Shown here: piece after piece, positions 55,696 through 63,472 of the stretch | How the letters are laid out: each line of letters begins with the position of its first letter | Position numbering within the stretch: the first letter of the stretch is position 1 | From: a virus | Taxonomy: Duplodnaviria; Caudoviricetes | IMG/VR virus record: IMGVR_UViG_3300031867_000048 | Span: 854 to 64,853 of that record | Reading direction: 5' to 3' (one strand) | Length of the DNA: 64,000 nucleotides | Program-made: the position numbers and the translations under genes | Notes under the pieces: model-generated | Database searches by the model: none | What the model was told of the DNA's origin: nothing | The model's input: only the letters and a program-made list of their open reading frames with translations

Positions 55696-55698
55696 TAT

Positions 55699-56166
55699 TT
55701 ATTGCGCCTTGCGGCTCCGTCGTATGGATATTAGTACCACTCCGGCTACGAATCCTATCAGTGCTCCTGCCAGCCATTCCCTGACACTCTCCCAGAGTGT
55801 GTGCGGCTTCTCCACCACCACTTTCTCTGTCTTCTGCTCTTTCATTGCCTGGTCACGCTGGCTCAGTGCTTCCCTGAGCATGGCCTTATAGATCTGCGTA
55901 CTGTCAGTCTTCTCACGGAAATGCTCCATGTTATGCCAGGACTCCTTGCTCTTGATATTTCCATGTTCGTCTTTGACAATAACAGTGCTGTCCTTGATAC
56001 GCACAGAGTCCTTGATGTTGGTAACTATCCGTGTGGAGTCTTTGATACGCACAGAGTCCTTGATATTCACGCTGTCACGTATATCACGCTCCTCTGTCAA
56101 GCTATGGCTGGTTTTACAACCAACCATAGCTGTCAGCGCTACAAATAACAATATTATCTTTTTCAT
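55699..56166 (-). CDS. Lipoprotein with C-terminal TM helix (unimolecular spanin-like)
   Basis: MKKIILLFVALTAMVG-C lipobox, repeated (I/V)(K/R)DS(V/T) beta units, C-terminal WLAGALIGFVAGVVLI helix; late promoter. Confidence 0.65.
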   Translation of the reverse strand: MKKIILLFVALTAMVGCKTSHSLTEERDIRDSVNIKDSVRIKDSTRIVTNIKDSVRIKDSTVIVKDEHGNIKSKESWHNMEHFREKTDSTQIYKAMLREALSQRDQAMKEQKTEKVVVEKPHTLWESVREWLAGALIGFVAGVVLISIRRSRKAQ

Positions 56167-56172
56167 ATGGTA

Positions 56173-56210
56173 CAAAAGTACAAACTTTATACCACATGAA
56201 CGTTATAAAA
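56173..56210 (-). promoter_or_regulatory. Late-type promoter
   Basis: TTTTATAA (56210-03)-N22-TACTTTTG (56180-73). Confidence 0.75.
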
Positions 56211-56234
56211 TATGCACGCAAAAACACGAACTGA

Positions 56235-57266
56235 TTAATTATCTTCATCGTAACAGATGTATCTGTTGAATGCTTTCTCGCTCGAATGGCCCGTTGCTCT
56301 CAGAATCTTGTTTCGTGGTATGTTTCGCAGGGTGTTGATGGTGGCGAATGAGCGTCTTGCACTATGAGAAGATATAAGCTGGTATCTCAGTTTCGTCTCG
56401 CGGGTAATAACGCCGTTAATCTTATTATCAATATGCACCTCGTCCATGAAGTCCTCGCCTATATGGTGCAAAAGCTCATGCAGATACGTGTTGTAGTTGT
56501 TGATGTCGCCCGTATATGGCGCATGGTAGCCATATTTCTCCAGTATGGCAAAGGTGATACGGCTGTCGATGCTCAGCGAGTTGATAGGCACGAAACACTT
56601 GTTGCCTGTCTTCTGCTGGACTATCGAGAACTGCCCATTGCGGAAGTTCTCAGGACTGATGCGCACAAGGTCGGAATATCGCTGACCGAGGTTGCAGCCA
56701 AGCACGAACATGTCACGCACTCGTTCCAATGTCTCAATCTTGTTCCGGCGCAGTTTCAACACCTTCTTCGAGCGGAAACTGTATGTCGGCTCTTGACCAA
56801 TCTTGAAGTGATAGATGTGCGAGATTTCATCAGGCGTGAGCGAAATCTTGCTGGGGATGTAGTTCGGGATGTCAACCTCGGAATAACTTGGATTGAGCTT
56901 AACACCATACTTCGACGACCAGTTGAGCACCGCAATCAGGTTGGCTTTTACGTGGCCGATGGTAGAGTACTTCAGTCCTTGGTCTGCCAAGAACGGAACG
57001 AAGTGATTCCAGAATACAGAACTAATCATGGCAGGCATGATGGTGCAACCAAACTGCTGCTCGATGTCCTCCAACTTGTTCACCAGCATGCGGTAATTCT
57101 GTTTAATCTTGGGATGCGAACGTGACTTGATCTCGCACATCTTACTAATACACTCGATAAGTGTACAGTTGCTCAGATCGAGCGAAAACATGTCACTCAT
57201 ACTTGATGCCAGGAACTCGCGGAATCCGCTGTTGGCATTACTCTGATAAAATCCTTGCATCATCAT
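56235..57266 (-). CDS. Second tyrosine recombinase (no arm-binding domain)
   Basis: LGQRYSD (R), QQKTG (K), SHSARRSFAT (HxxR), TGHSSEKAFNRY (H, Y); likely start MMMQGF at 57266. Confidence 0.88.
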   Translation of the reverse strand: MMMQGFYQSNANSGFREFLASSMSDMFSLDLSNCTLIECISKMCEIKSRSHPKIKQNYRMLVNKLEDIEQQFGCTIMPAMISSVFWNHFVPFLADQGLKYSTIGHVKANLIAVLNWSSKYGVKLNPSYSEVDIPNYIPSKISLTPDEISHIYHFKIGQEPTYSFRSKKVLKLRRNKIETLERVRDMFVLGCNLGQRYSDLVRISPENFRNGQFSIVQQKTGNKCFVPINSLSIDSRITFAILEKYGYHAPYTGDINNYNTYLHELLHHIGEDFMDEVHIDNKINGVITRETKLRYQLISSHSARRSFATINTLRNIPRNKILRATGHSSEKAFNRYICYDEDN

Positions 57267-57452
57267 ATCTGTATCTGCAATAAATATGGGGCAGCGTTGC
57301 GCGTTGCTATGGCCATTCATGCAAATGCCACCAGGTCCTTTCGGATGACTGACGCTGCTGCCCCAATGGGGTTCAATTACAATAATATGGCAGATACAAC
57401 AAATGCCACCTATGATGGCGGCATCGACGTACCGCATGAATGTTTAAGCGGT
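57267..57452 (-). ncRNA. Structured 5' leader of the recombinase
   Basis: Promoter TATCTTTG (57461-54); nested stems TGTATCTGC/GCAGATACA and TGGGGCAGC/GCTGCCCCA, TCC-GAAA-GGA, two 5' hairpins. Confidence 0.6.
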
Positions 57453-57510
57453 GCAAAGATAAACATTAATCCTGAAACCTCCAAGCAATTTCCAAAATTT
57501 AACAAAAACA

Positions 57511-57543
57511 AAGGGACGCAGGCCATGAAAACCTGCATCCCTT
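57511..57543 (-). terminator. Terminator of the capsid/tail operon
   Basis: AAGGGATGCAGG...CCTGCGTCCCTT plus T-rich tail on the minus strand. Confidence 0.75.
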
Positions 57544-57581
57544 ATGTATTGAGTTATTGAGTTATTACAAGAACTATTTAC

Positions 57582-60545
57582 TTATTCCACTTTAACAAGG
57601 CAAGAATAAGTAATCTTATTTGTTGTATCTCTTGCTGTTATTATAGCAGTGCCAGCAGCAACTCCAGTAACAACTCCAGAACTATCTACAGATGCTATGT
57701 CTGTATCGTTTGAGTTCCATGTAATATTTCCTGCGAGTCCAGAACTAATTGTTATACTTGAACCAATGGAAACATTATTTACAGCATAACTGATATGCCT
57801 TTCTTCTACAGGGTTGCTGTCATCAATACCATCCCTAACAAGTCCACCTATCCTCACCATGTAAATTAACTCATTGGCAAAGTCAGTAATAACAGCATCA
57901 AAAGATTGCTCTGTAATGGTATTAGGGACTCTTGTTCCTGATGGTACTTCTGTCCCATAATACTTATCAGCGGCTTCTATTATCATTGGCACTCCATTAC
58001 TGATAAATCGTACTCTGTCAAAGTGCCAGTGACCTTGAAGAATTGCAACCACATCACCTTTTCCTGAATCTGCATTGACGGCTTTTATTGCATCGGCAAA
58101 CACTTTAACACCACCTGATATGGTGTCACCATAATTCGCATCTCCATCTGGCCATGTACCATTCCAACCACAGAACCAGTGAACAAATATAAATACTTTC
58201 CAACCGCTTTCTACATTAAGAGCTTCATTAGCAAACCAAGTCTGCTGTTCAACATCTGTATATCCACCATTTAAGTCAAAATTAAGTATAACGTATCTTA
58301 CTTTTCTTAAATAATTATCAAAGTAATAATACAGTTTTTCTATGTTTCCATGATAATCATTTCTTTCGTTATTGTAACAATAGTCAATTAAACTATTAGC
58401 ATTTGCACCAAGGATGTCAGGCTCATGGTTACCAACAGCAAAAATAGTTTCTCCGTTCCATGCCCTGCGTAGTTTGTCTGTGGCCTCATGCATCGTATTA
58501 TAGTTAGCACCAGAACTCTGACAAATATCACCACCACTAAACATCTTACTGACATTTGTATTCTTCCTAATATAATTAAGAAGATTAGGTGACTTATGGG
58601 CATTCAGACTATTCCAATGAATATCCGTAATAAACATGAAGACATCTCCGTCGGAATTACTCTGACAACACAGTTCATTGATTCTTGCTACCTTATTCTG
58701 AATATAGTTATTTTCAAAATAATAGCCTGGTAATGCAAATTCGTATGCTTCTTCATCAAGTGCTTCCACTCTTGGGAGAAGGTTCTTTACGTCTGCACAT
58801 GCTTCCTCCAAGACTTCCTTCATCTTTACAGTCTTGCACGTAATGGTAATAGTTCCAGAGGCAGTGACCCTTGTACTTCCTATTGATGTACGAATCTTAG
58901 AAGTAGCTTTTGTAAGTTGAACACGAAGTACCTCATTGTATTTTACAGATGGAAAATAGATTCTATTTGTTATGTCTTGAAAATATTGAACTGCCGATGA
59001 TGTAAGAATACCATCATTCCCAGTTATAGATAGTTCTATAATCTCACCTGCTGCAATATCTACATTGATGTCGTAAGTAGTTGTTGCTGATGATGGATAT
59101 GTTAAAGAAAGATTTTTTTCATCAAGCGTTTTCTCAAACAAACCCTCCTTCATCTCATTGAATGCAGATACATTGCCAACAAGATAATCAACACCTACTA
59201 CAGAAATTTCAGGATTAATTTCAGTACCACCAGACTTTACAGAAACAACGAGATATTTTGCATCTGCTGGCGTTTGGGCATACACTACTTTACCTGCTGG
59301 TATTGGTACAATCCCGCCTTCTGAGCAAAGAGGTACAGTATCATTATTAGCAGGGATTGAATAATCAGTCAAGAAAGCAAAACTTATGGATATATTGGAT
59401 GTAGTTCCCTTAAACAGATACTTACCGGAAATAGGAATAACAACGTGCTCATAGCCATTGGCAACATACCATTTCGTATTATTCACACTGCCAGGAAACC
59501 TGTTATACTTTGTTAAGTCAATAGTACCTCCCATCATAAAATCTGTTTCTTCTGGAAGTTTCCCTACTGTTTCAACAACTCCGTTTCCACTGTTAAAGGT
59601 GACTGTATAATCTGCTTTTAACACCGAAATCACCACCTTCATATCTTTATATGCGACAAAGGTGTGTGTTTCCTTTGTATTCGCAGTTGCTATCTTGCAG
59701 ATTGGGGTAATAGTGTCGCCAATCGCTACCGAATTACTTGCAGTTGTTCCTATTACTGTATATGCCGCAGCATTAAATTTAGTCGTTACTGTAACAGACT
59801 CACCTTTTACAAGCGATATAGGTTGCGAGAATTGTATAGTACCTGCTGCTGCTATTACACCCGTTGCAGTTATCTGACCATTAGACCATGTGATATTCTT
59901 TGTCTCAGAACCTGTCAGTACATCTTCAATGTTAATTTTCTGCCAACAGCTAACATCTGTAGTAAAATCCTCTTTTGTCAAGAAGTACTGTACATACTTT
60001 TTGTCATTACTCTGTACGAACTTGATGCTCATGCCACCCTTGCGAACACCCACAGGAATGATCGTACTAAGATTGGCATCACTAAGCAAAGCGTCCAATG
60101 AGGCATACGTGGCCAGAGTGCCACCAGTGGCATTGTACTCAGAAACGTCAAACACTTCTCCTATCTGTGACTTGGTAGCAAGGTGTACATATTGTGTGCC
60201 ATCCCATCCATATTCAGAATACTTTGTTGCATCAACCTGGCTGTTAACACCATCATAGTTAGAGACACGATACACACAACCAACAGGATGCTCTGAAATA
60301 TTAGCCAAGTCAGCATAAGTCGCTACGGTAATATAGGCATGCTGTGGGGCTACCATTTGGTTCAATTCCGTCTTATTGTATGTCTCAGACTTCGTGTAAC
60401 GGTTAGAAAGAGCAGTATCAGTCTCTGCGTTGACCTGACTCTGCTTCCTTTTTTTATTGGTATCTAATACTTCATCTGCTACAACAGCAACTTTCTCCTG
60501 ACTTGTAGAATGTATTCTACCTGCTATTTCAAATATATCAGCCAT
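57582..60545 (-). CDS. Tail fibre/receptor-binding protein with calcineurin-like metallophosphoesterase and C-terminal Ig-like domain
   Basis: ITDIHW, GGDI, VGNHE, FVHW, QGHWH; WNSNDTDIASVDSSGVVTGVAAGTAIITA (Big_2-like); AT-rich C-terminal three quarters. Confidence 0.8.
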   Translation of the reverse strand: MADIFEIAGRIHSTSQEKVAVVADEVLDTNKKRKQSQVNAETDTALSNRYTKSETYNKTELNQMVAPQHAYITVATYADLANISEHPVGCVYRVSNYDGVNSQVDATKYSEYGWDGTQYVHLATKSQIGEVFDVSEYNATGGTLATYASLDALLSDANLSTIIPVGVRKGGMSIKFVQSNDKKYVQYFLTKEDFTTDVSCWQKINIEDVLTGSETKNITWSNGQITATGVIAAAGTIQFSQPISLVKGESVTVTTKFNAAAYTVIGTTASNSVAIGDTITPICKIATANTKETHTFVAYKDMKVVISVLKADYTVTFNSGNGVVETVGKLPEETDFMMGGTIDLTKYNRFPGSVNNTKWYVANGYEHVVIPISGKYLFKGTTSNISISFAFLTDYSIPANNDTVPLCSEGGIVPIPAGKVVYAQTPADAKYLVVSVKSGGTEINPEISVVGVDYLVGNVSAFNEMKEGLFEKTLDEKNLSLTYPSSATTTYDINVDIAAGEIIELSITGNDGILTSSAVQYFQDITNRIYFPSVKYNEVLRVQLTKATSKIRTSIGSTRVTASGTITITCKTVKMKEVLEEACADVKNLLPRVEALDEEAYEFALPGYYFENNYIQNKVARINELCCQSNSDGDVFMFITDIHWNSLNAHKSPNLLNYIRKNTNVSKMFSGGDICQSSGANYNTMHEATDKLRRAWNGETIFAVGNHEPDILGANANSLIDYCYNNERNDYHGNIEKLYYYFDNYLRKVRYVILNFDLNGGYTDVEQQTWFANEALNVESGWKVFIFVHWFCGWNGTWPDGDANYGDTISGGVKVFADAIKAVNADSGKGDVVAILQGHWHFDRVRFISNGVPMIIEAADKYYGTEVPSGTRVPNTITEQSFDAVITDFANELIYMVRIGGLVRDGIDDSNPVEERHISYAVNNVSIGSSITISSGLAGNITWNSNDTDIASVDSSGVVTGVAAGTAIITARDTTNKITYSCLVKVE

Positions 60546-60557
60546 ATCTTTTCAATT

Positions 60558-61811
60558 TTAAGCGTTAGCAATAGTAAATTTATAAGTGTATGTACCAGCA
60601 CCTCTTGCATCATTATTCTTGTATGCTTTGTATCCAGCCCTAGTAGATTCTATCTGAGTAAACCCAAGACTTGTTTCGTAAGTACTCACAAGCTTAATAC
60701 TTGTAAGATTGAAATTGTCAGGAACCTCAATGAATAAGTAATCACCATCAGCAGTAGTAATCTGTTTATTAAAAGAGCCTGCTGCATGAGGGCTAGTCTC
60801 TTCAACCATTGTAGTATCACCATAAGTAGCACCAGCACCAGTGTATATCTCATCCACAGCCTGTACATTAACAAAGTCATTTTCACTTTCGGGGTATCTC
60901 TTTGTAAGACCGCTTATCACAAACTCTGCATAGTACTGAATATTACCTCTTGTCGATGGCGTGACAGTATCTATAGCAGGAAGCATTCTATCACTGCCTG
61001 AAGAAATAGGATTCTCGATACCATTCTTGAATATCTTGATGCTTGAAGCACCTGTATCGCTGGTAGCAGTCACTGAGATGCTTCGTTGTACTCCCACAAA
61101 TACAACAGTTGGAGATGCATAAAGATTGAGTGTTGCCCCGCCAGATACTATCTGGTCTATCTGATACTGCAAAGAGACAAAGTTGTCACCAGCCTTATGC
61201 ACATTACCAATGGCTTCTGAAAGAGTCTTCTGGGTGATACCAACATCGTCAGAGTTCCCAAAGTCAACAGACAAAGAAGGCCCGTACTCATGCGTTGTGA
61301 TGCGAGTCTGCAAGTCGTGGTCTAGTTTGTCCCACGACAAATCATGATCTTTTATCTTTTCATTGGTAACGTTCTGGTCTTTGATGTTACGGGTTTGCAC
61401 GGCATCCGTGGCTATCTTACCTTTCTTTACAACATCATCCTCCAGCTCGTCACCAGTAATGCTTTCGTCAACAAGTTTTGAAGTCGTTACGGCACCTGGC
61501 GCTATTTTATCCGTAGTAACAGCCTCATTATCTATCTTAGCACTCGTCACAGCGCCATCGGCAATATGGATGGCCTTGATAGCCTGCCCGGCTATCTCAG
61601 GAGTCATCACGCGCATCTTTGTCTGGTGGTACTGCTGCGTATCGGCATCATACACCCATAGGTAGCCATAGGCATCTAACTTATAGACATGCAAAGCGGT
61701 GTCGAGCGCCTTCTCACTCTCTCGCTGCAGCTGGCCTGTCTTATTCAGAGCGACATCAAGCTTCTGCTCCAGCTCTATGATTTTTCGTGCTAATTGTTCA
61801 ATCGTTGCCAT
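60558..61811 (-). CDS. Tail fibre-like protein with AVTxxKI repeats
   Basis: IADGAVTSAKIDNEAVTTDKIAPGAVTTSKL..; beta-rich C-terminus. Confidence 0.7.
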   Translation of the reverse strand: MATIEQLARKIIELEQKLDVALNKTGQLQRESEKALDTALHVYKLDAYGYLWVYDADTQQYHQTKMRVMTPEIAGQAIKAIHIADGAVTSAKIDNEAVTTDKIAPGAVTTSKLVDESITGDELEDDVVKKGKIATDAVQTRNIKDQNVTNEKIKDHDLSWDKLDHDLQTRITTHEYGPSLSVDFGNSDDVGITQKTLSEAIGNVHKAGDNFVSLQYQIDQIVSGGATLNLYASPTVVFVGVQRSISVTATSDTGASSIKIFKNGIENPISSGSDRMLPAIDTVTPSTRGNIQYYAEFVISGLTKRYPESENDFVNVQAVDEIYTGAGATYGDTTMVEETSPHAAGSFNKQITTADGDYLFIEVPDNFNLTSIKLVSTYETSLGFTQIESTRAGYKAYKNNDARGAGTYTYKFTIANA

Positions 61812-61830
61812 AGTATATTATTGTGGTTGA

Positions 61831-62244
61831 TTATTGAGATATATGGGTGTAGTCGGTCTGTATGTACGTCCACACACCTTCCTGCTTCTCGTAGTACACA
61901 CCTTCGACGTTTTGCCAGTCAACATAGGTCAACAGCAGTTCTCCAACGGTTTCGTCCTTATAGGTTACAGTGTATGTGTGCTTCTGCGTGCCTGTAATCT
62001 TTACTACCATGTCGCCGTTGCGTAGTGCGTCCAGCTGTGCACCAGTCAGTGCGGTAATATCGGTTACCTCGATGACGGTTGGTGTGTTCTGTTTAAGAGC
62101 AAAACGCGACAAGATCTGCGCCAGTCTTTCACTCTCTGGCATACCCTGCAGCAGTGCATACACTTCTTTCTCAGAGTCGATAACTCTGTCGTTCTTTGTT
62201 CTGTCAGGACATGCGCCTGCGATACCATATACTCCGTTTTTCAT
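61831..62244 (-). CDS. Structural-region hypothetical protein
   Basis: 137-aa ORF in the late operon. Confidence 0.65.
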   Translation of the reverse strand: MKNGVYGIAGACPDRTKNDRVIDSEKEVYALLQGMPESERLAQILSRFALKQNTPTVIEVTDITALTGAQLDALRNGDMVVKITGTQKHTYTVTYKDETVGELLLTYVDWQNVEGVYYEKQEGVWTYIQTDYTHISQ

Positions 62245-62256
62245 AATGCCTTGTTT

Positions 62257-62886
62257 TTACATGTTCTTAAATCTGTCGGCTATTGCGCCTTCTTTCTTCC
62301 CTTCAAAGAAGATGCTGGCAGCACGGAAGATAACTTGCTGCTCAGCCTCACTGCGGATGCTACATACAATAGCGGGTAGAGTGGTAATTTCTTCTGTGAC
62401 CGTGTTGATAACCTCAGGGGTGGCGATATACGCCAGCTCTGCGCTAGTGTGTGCATTATCTCCTGGCCACCAGACAATGACTTTTGCCCCTGTCTCGTCC
62501 AGGTCAAGCATGGCCTTGGGCTTGCTGGCGGTTGCACGGCTCCAGGCACTGCTCTGCATCTTTTCCTCGTCGCTGCCAGCCTCCATCAAGCTACGGATGA
62601 TGCCTGCGGTGTTTGTTACGTCCAGATAGACAAAGCGGAGATAGTCATCTCCTACCTTATCATAGGCAAAACCTCTGGTGCTGTCTACAGTTCCTCCCAG
62701 TGCCTTGATGCTTCCGTCCAGCATATCTAGCGGCAACTCCAAAGACAACTGTATGGCGGCCTGCTGTACTGCCTGCCACAACTCATCATTGACATCGGTC
62801 TCAAAGCTGTCAGTGACTCCTGAGGGAACAATGTCATCAATGGCCTTACGTATCTTACCGATAATGTCTGTCTTGGTGATAACCAT
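62257..62886 (-). CDS. Head-closure/adaptor-like protein
   Basis: Position downstream of the MCP; helical ends with a beta core. Confidence 0.5.
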   Translation of the reverse strand: MVITKTDIIGKIRKAIDDIVPSGVTDSFETDVNDELWQAVQQAAIQLSLELPLDMLDGSIKALGGTVDSTRGFAYDKVGDDYLRFVYLDVTNTAGIIRSLMEAGSDEEKMQSSAWSRATASKPKAMLDLDETGAKVIVWWPGDNAHTSAELAYIATPEVINTVTEEITTLPAIVCSIRSEAEQQVIFRAASIFFEGKKEGAIADRFKNM

Positions 62887-62888
62887 AG

Positions 62889-63365
62889 CTATAGCTCTTT
62901 ATACTTGATAATGATGCCGTGCTCCTTGGCAACCTTGGCCAAAGCGGTGGGGTTGCGTACTTCAGCTTTCTTGATTTTCAGTTCCTTACAGATAGTCTCC
63001 CTGGCAACGGTATAGTTGTCAAAAACTCTCTCCTTGGGGTCTGCGTTGGTACTCACCGGCGTAGGTGCTGGTGTGGCAGCTGTTCCTGCCGTGGTTCCTG
63101 CTGCGGTGCCCGTAGCGGCAGCTGCGGGTTTCTTTACCACTCCCGTAGTGTCAACTGCGGGTTGTGCGCTCTTTACGGTGGTTTCCTGGATAACTCTTCT
63201 ACGACTCAGTGGGTGTCTACGGATGACGTTGGCCACCTTCTCGTCACTGGTCATAAAGATAGCGACACCTGCCTGATTACGATTACCAAAGGATACCAGT
63301 CTGTTACGACCTCCTACGGATATGATGAATGACAGCTGTCGCTGCGCTGCAAATGTATATTCCAT
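62889..63365 (-). CDS. Hypothetical protein downstream of the MCP with A/T/P-rich linker
   Basis: Start MEYTF at 63365. Confidence 0.65.
   Translation of the reverse strand: MEYTFAAQRQLSFIISVGGRNRLVSFGNRNQAGVAIFMTSDEKVANVIRRHPLSRRRVIQETTVKSAQPAVDTTGVVKKPAAAATGTAAGTTAGTAATPAPTPVSTNADPKERVFDNYTVARETICKELKIKKAEVRNPTALAKVAKEHGIIIKYKEL
63105..63128 (+). repeat. Footed hairpin in coding region (PAAAATGT)
   Basis: GGTG-CCCGTAG-CGGCAG-CTGCGGG. Confidence 0.7.
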
Positions 63366-63416
63366 GCTTTGTTTGTTATAGTGTGTGTTGCGGTTCCATC
63401 GCAACAGCCATTAAAG

Positions 63417-63457
63417 AAAAAGCTCCCCTGCCTTGCTGTGGGCTTCAGGCAGGGGAG
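63417..63457 (-). terminator. Terminator after the major capsid gene
   Basis: CTCCCCTGCCT...AGGCAGGGGAG-CTTTTT on the minus strand. Confidence 0.8.
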
Positions 63458-63472
63458 TTACGAAAGACATTT

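Noticed and set aside
57290-57365. Three-way junction considered as a hammerhead ribozyme or SAM-I riboswitch
   Set aside because: Lacks CUGANGA/GAAA in hammerhead geometry and lacks the SAM-I AUC-AGAG core.
57267-57437. 57-aa N-terminal extension of the second recombinase in the ORF track
   Set aside because: The sequence is better explained as a base-paired RNA leader; the Cys/Ile-rich translation looks non-protein-like and starts only ~15 nt after the promoter.
57480-60150. Shufflon or invertible tail-fibre cassettes for the second recombinase
   Set aside because: No alternative C-terminal cassettes or matching inverted repeats could be found by eye.
57582-61811. Possible diversity-generating retroelement targeting the tail fibres
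   Set aside because: No reverse transcriptase motif (YxDD) in any ORF, and I saw no TR/VR pair differing at adenines.
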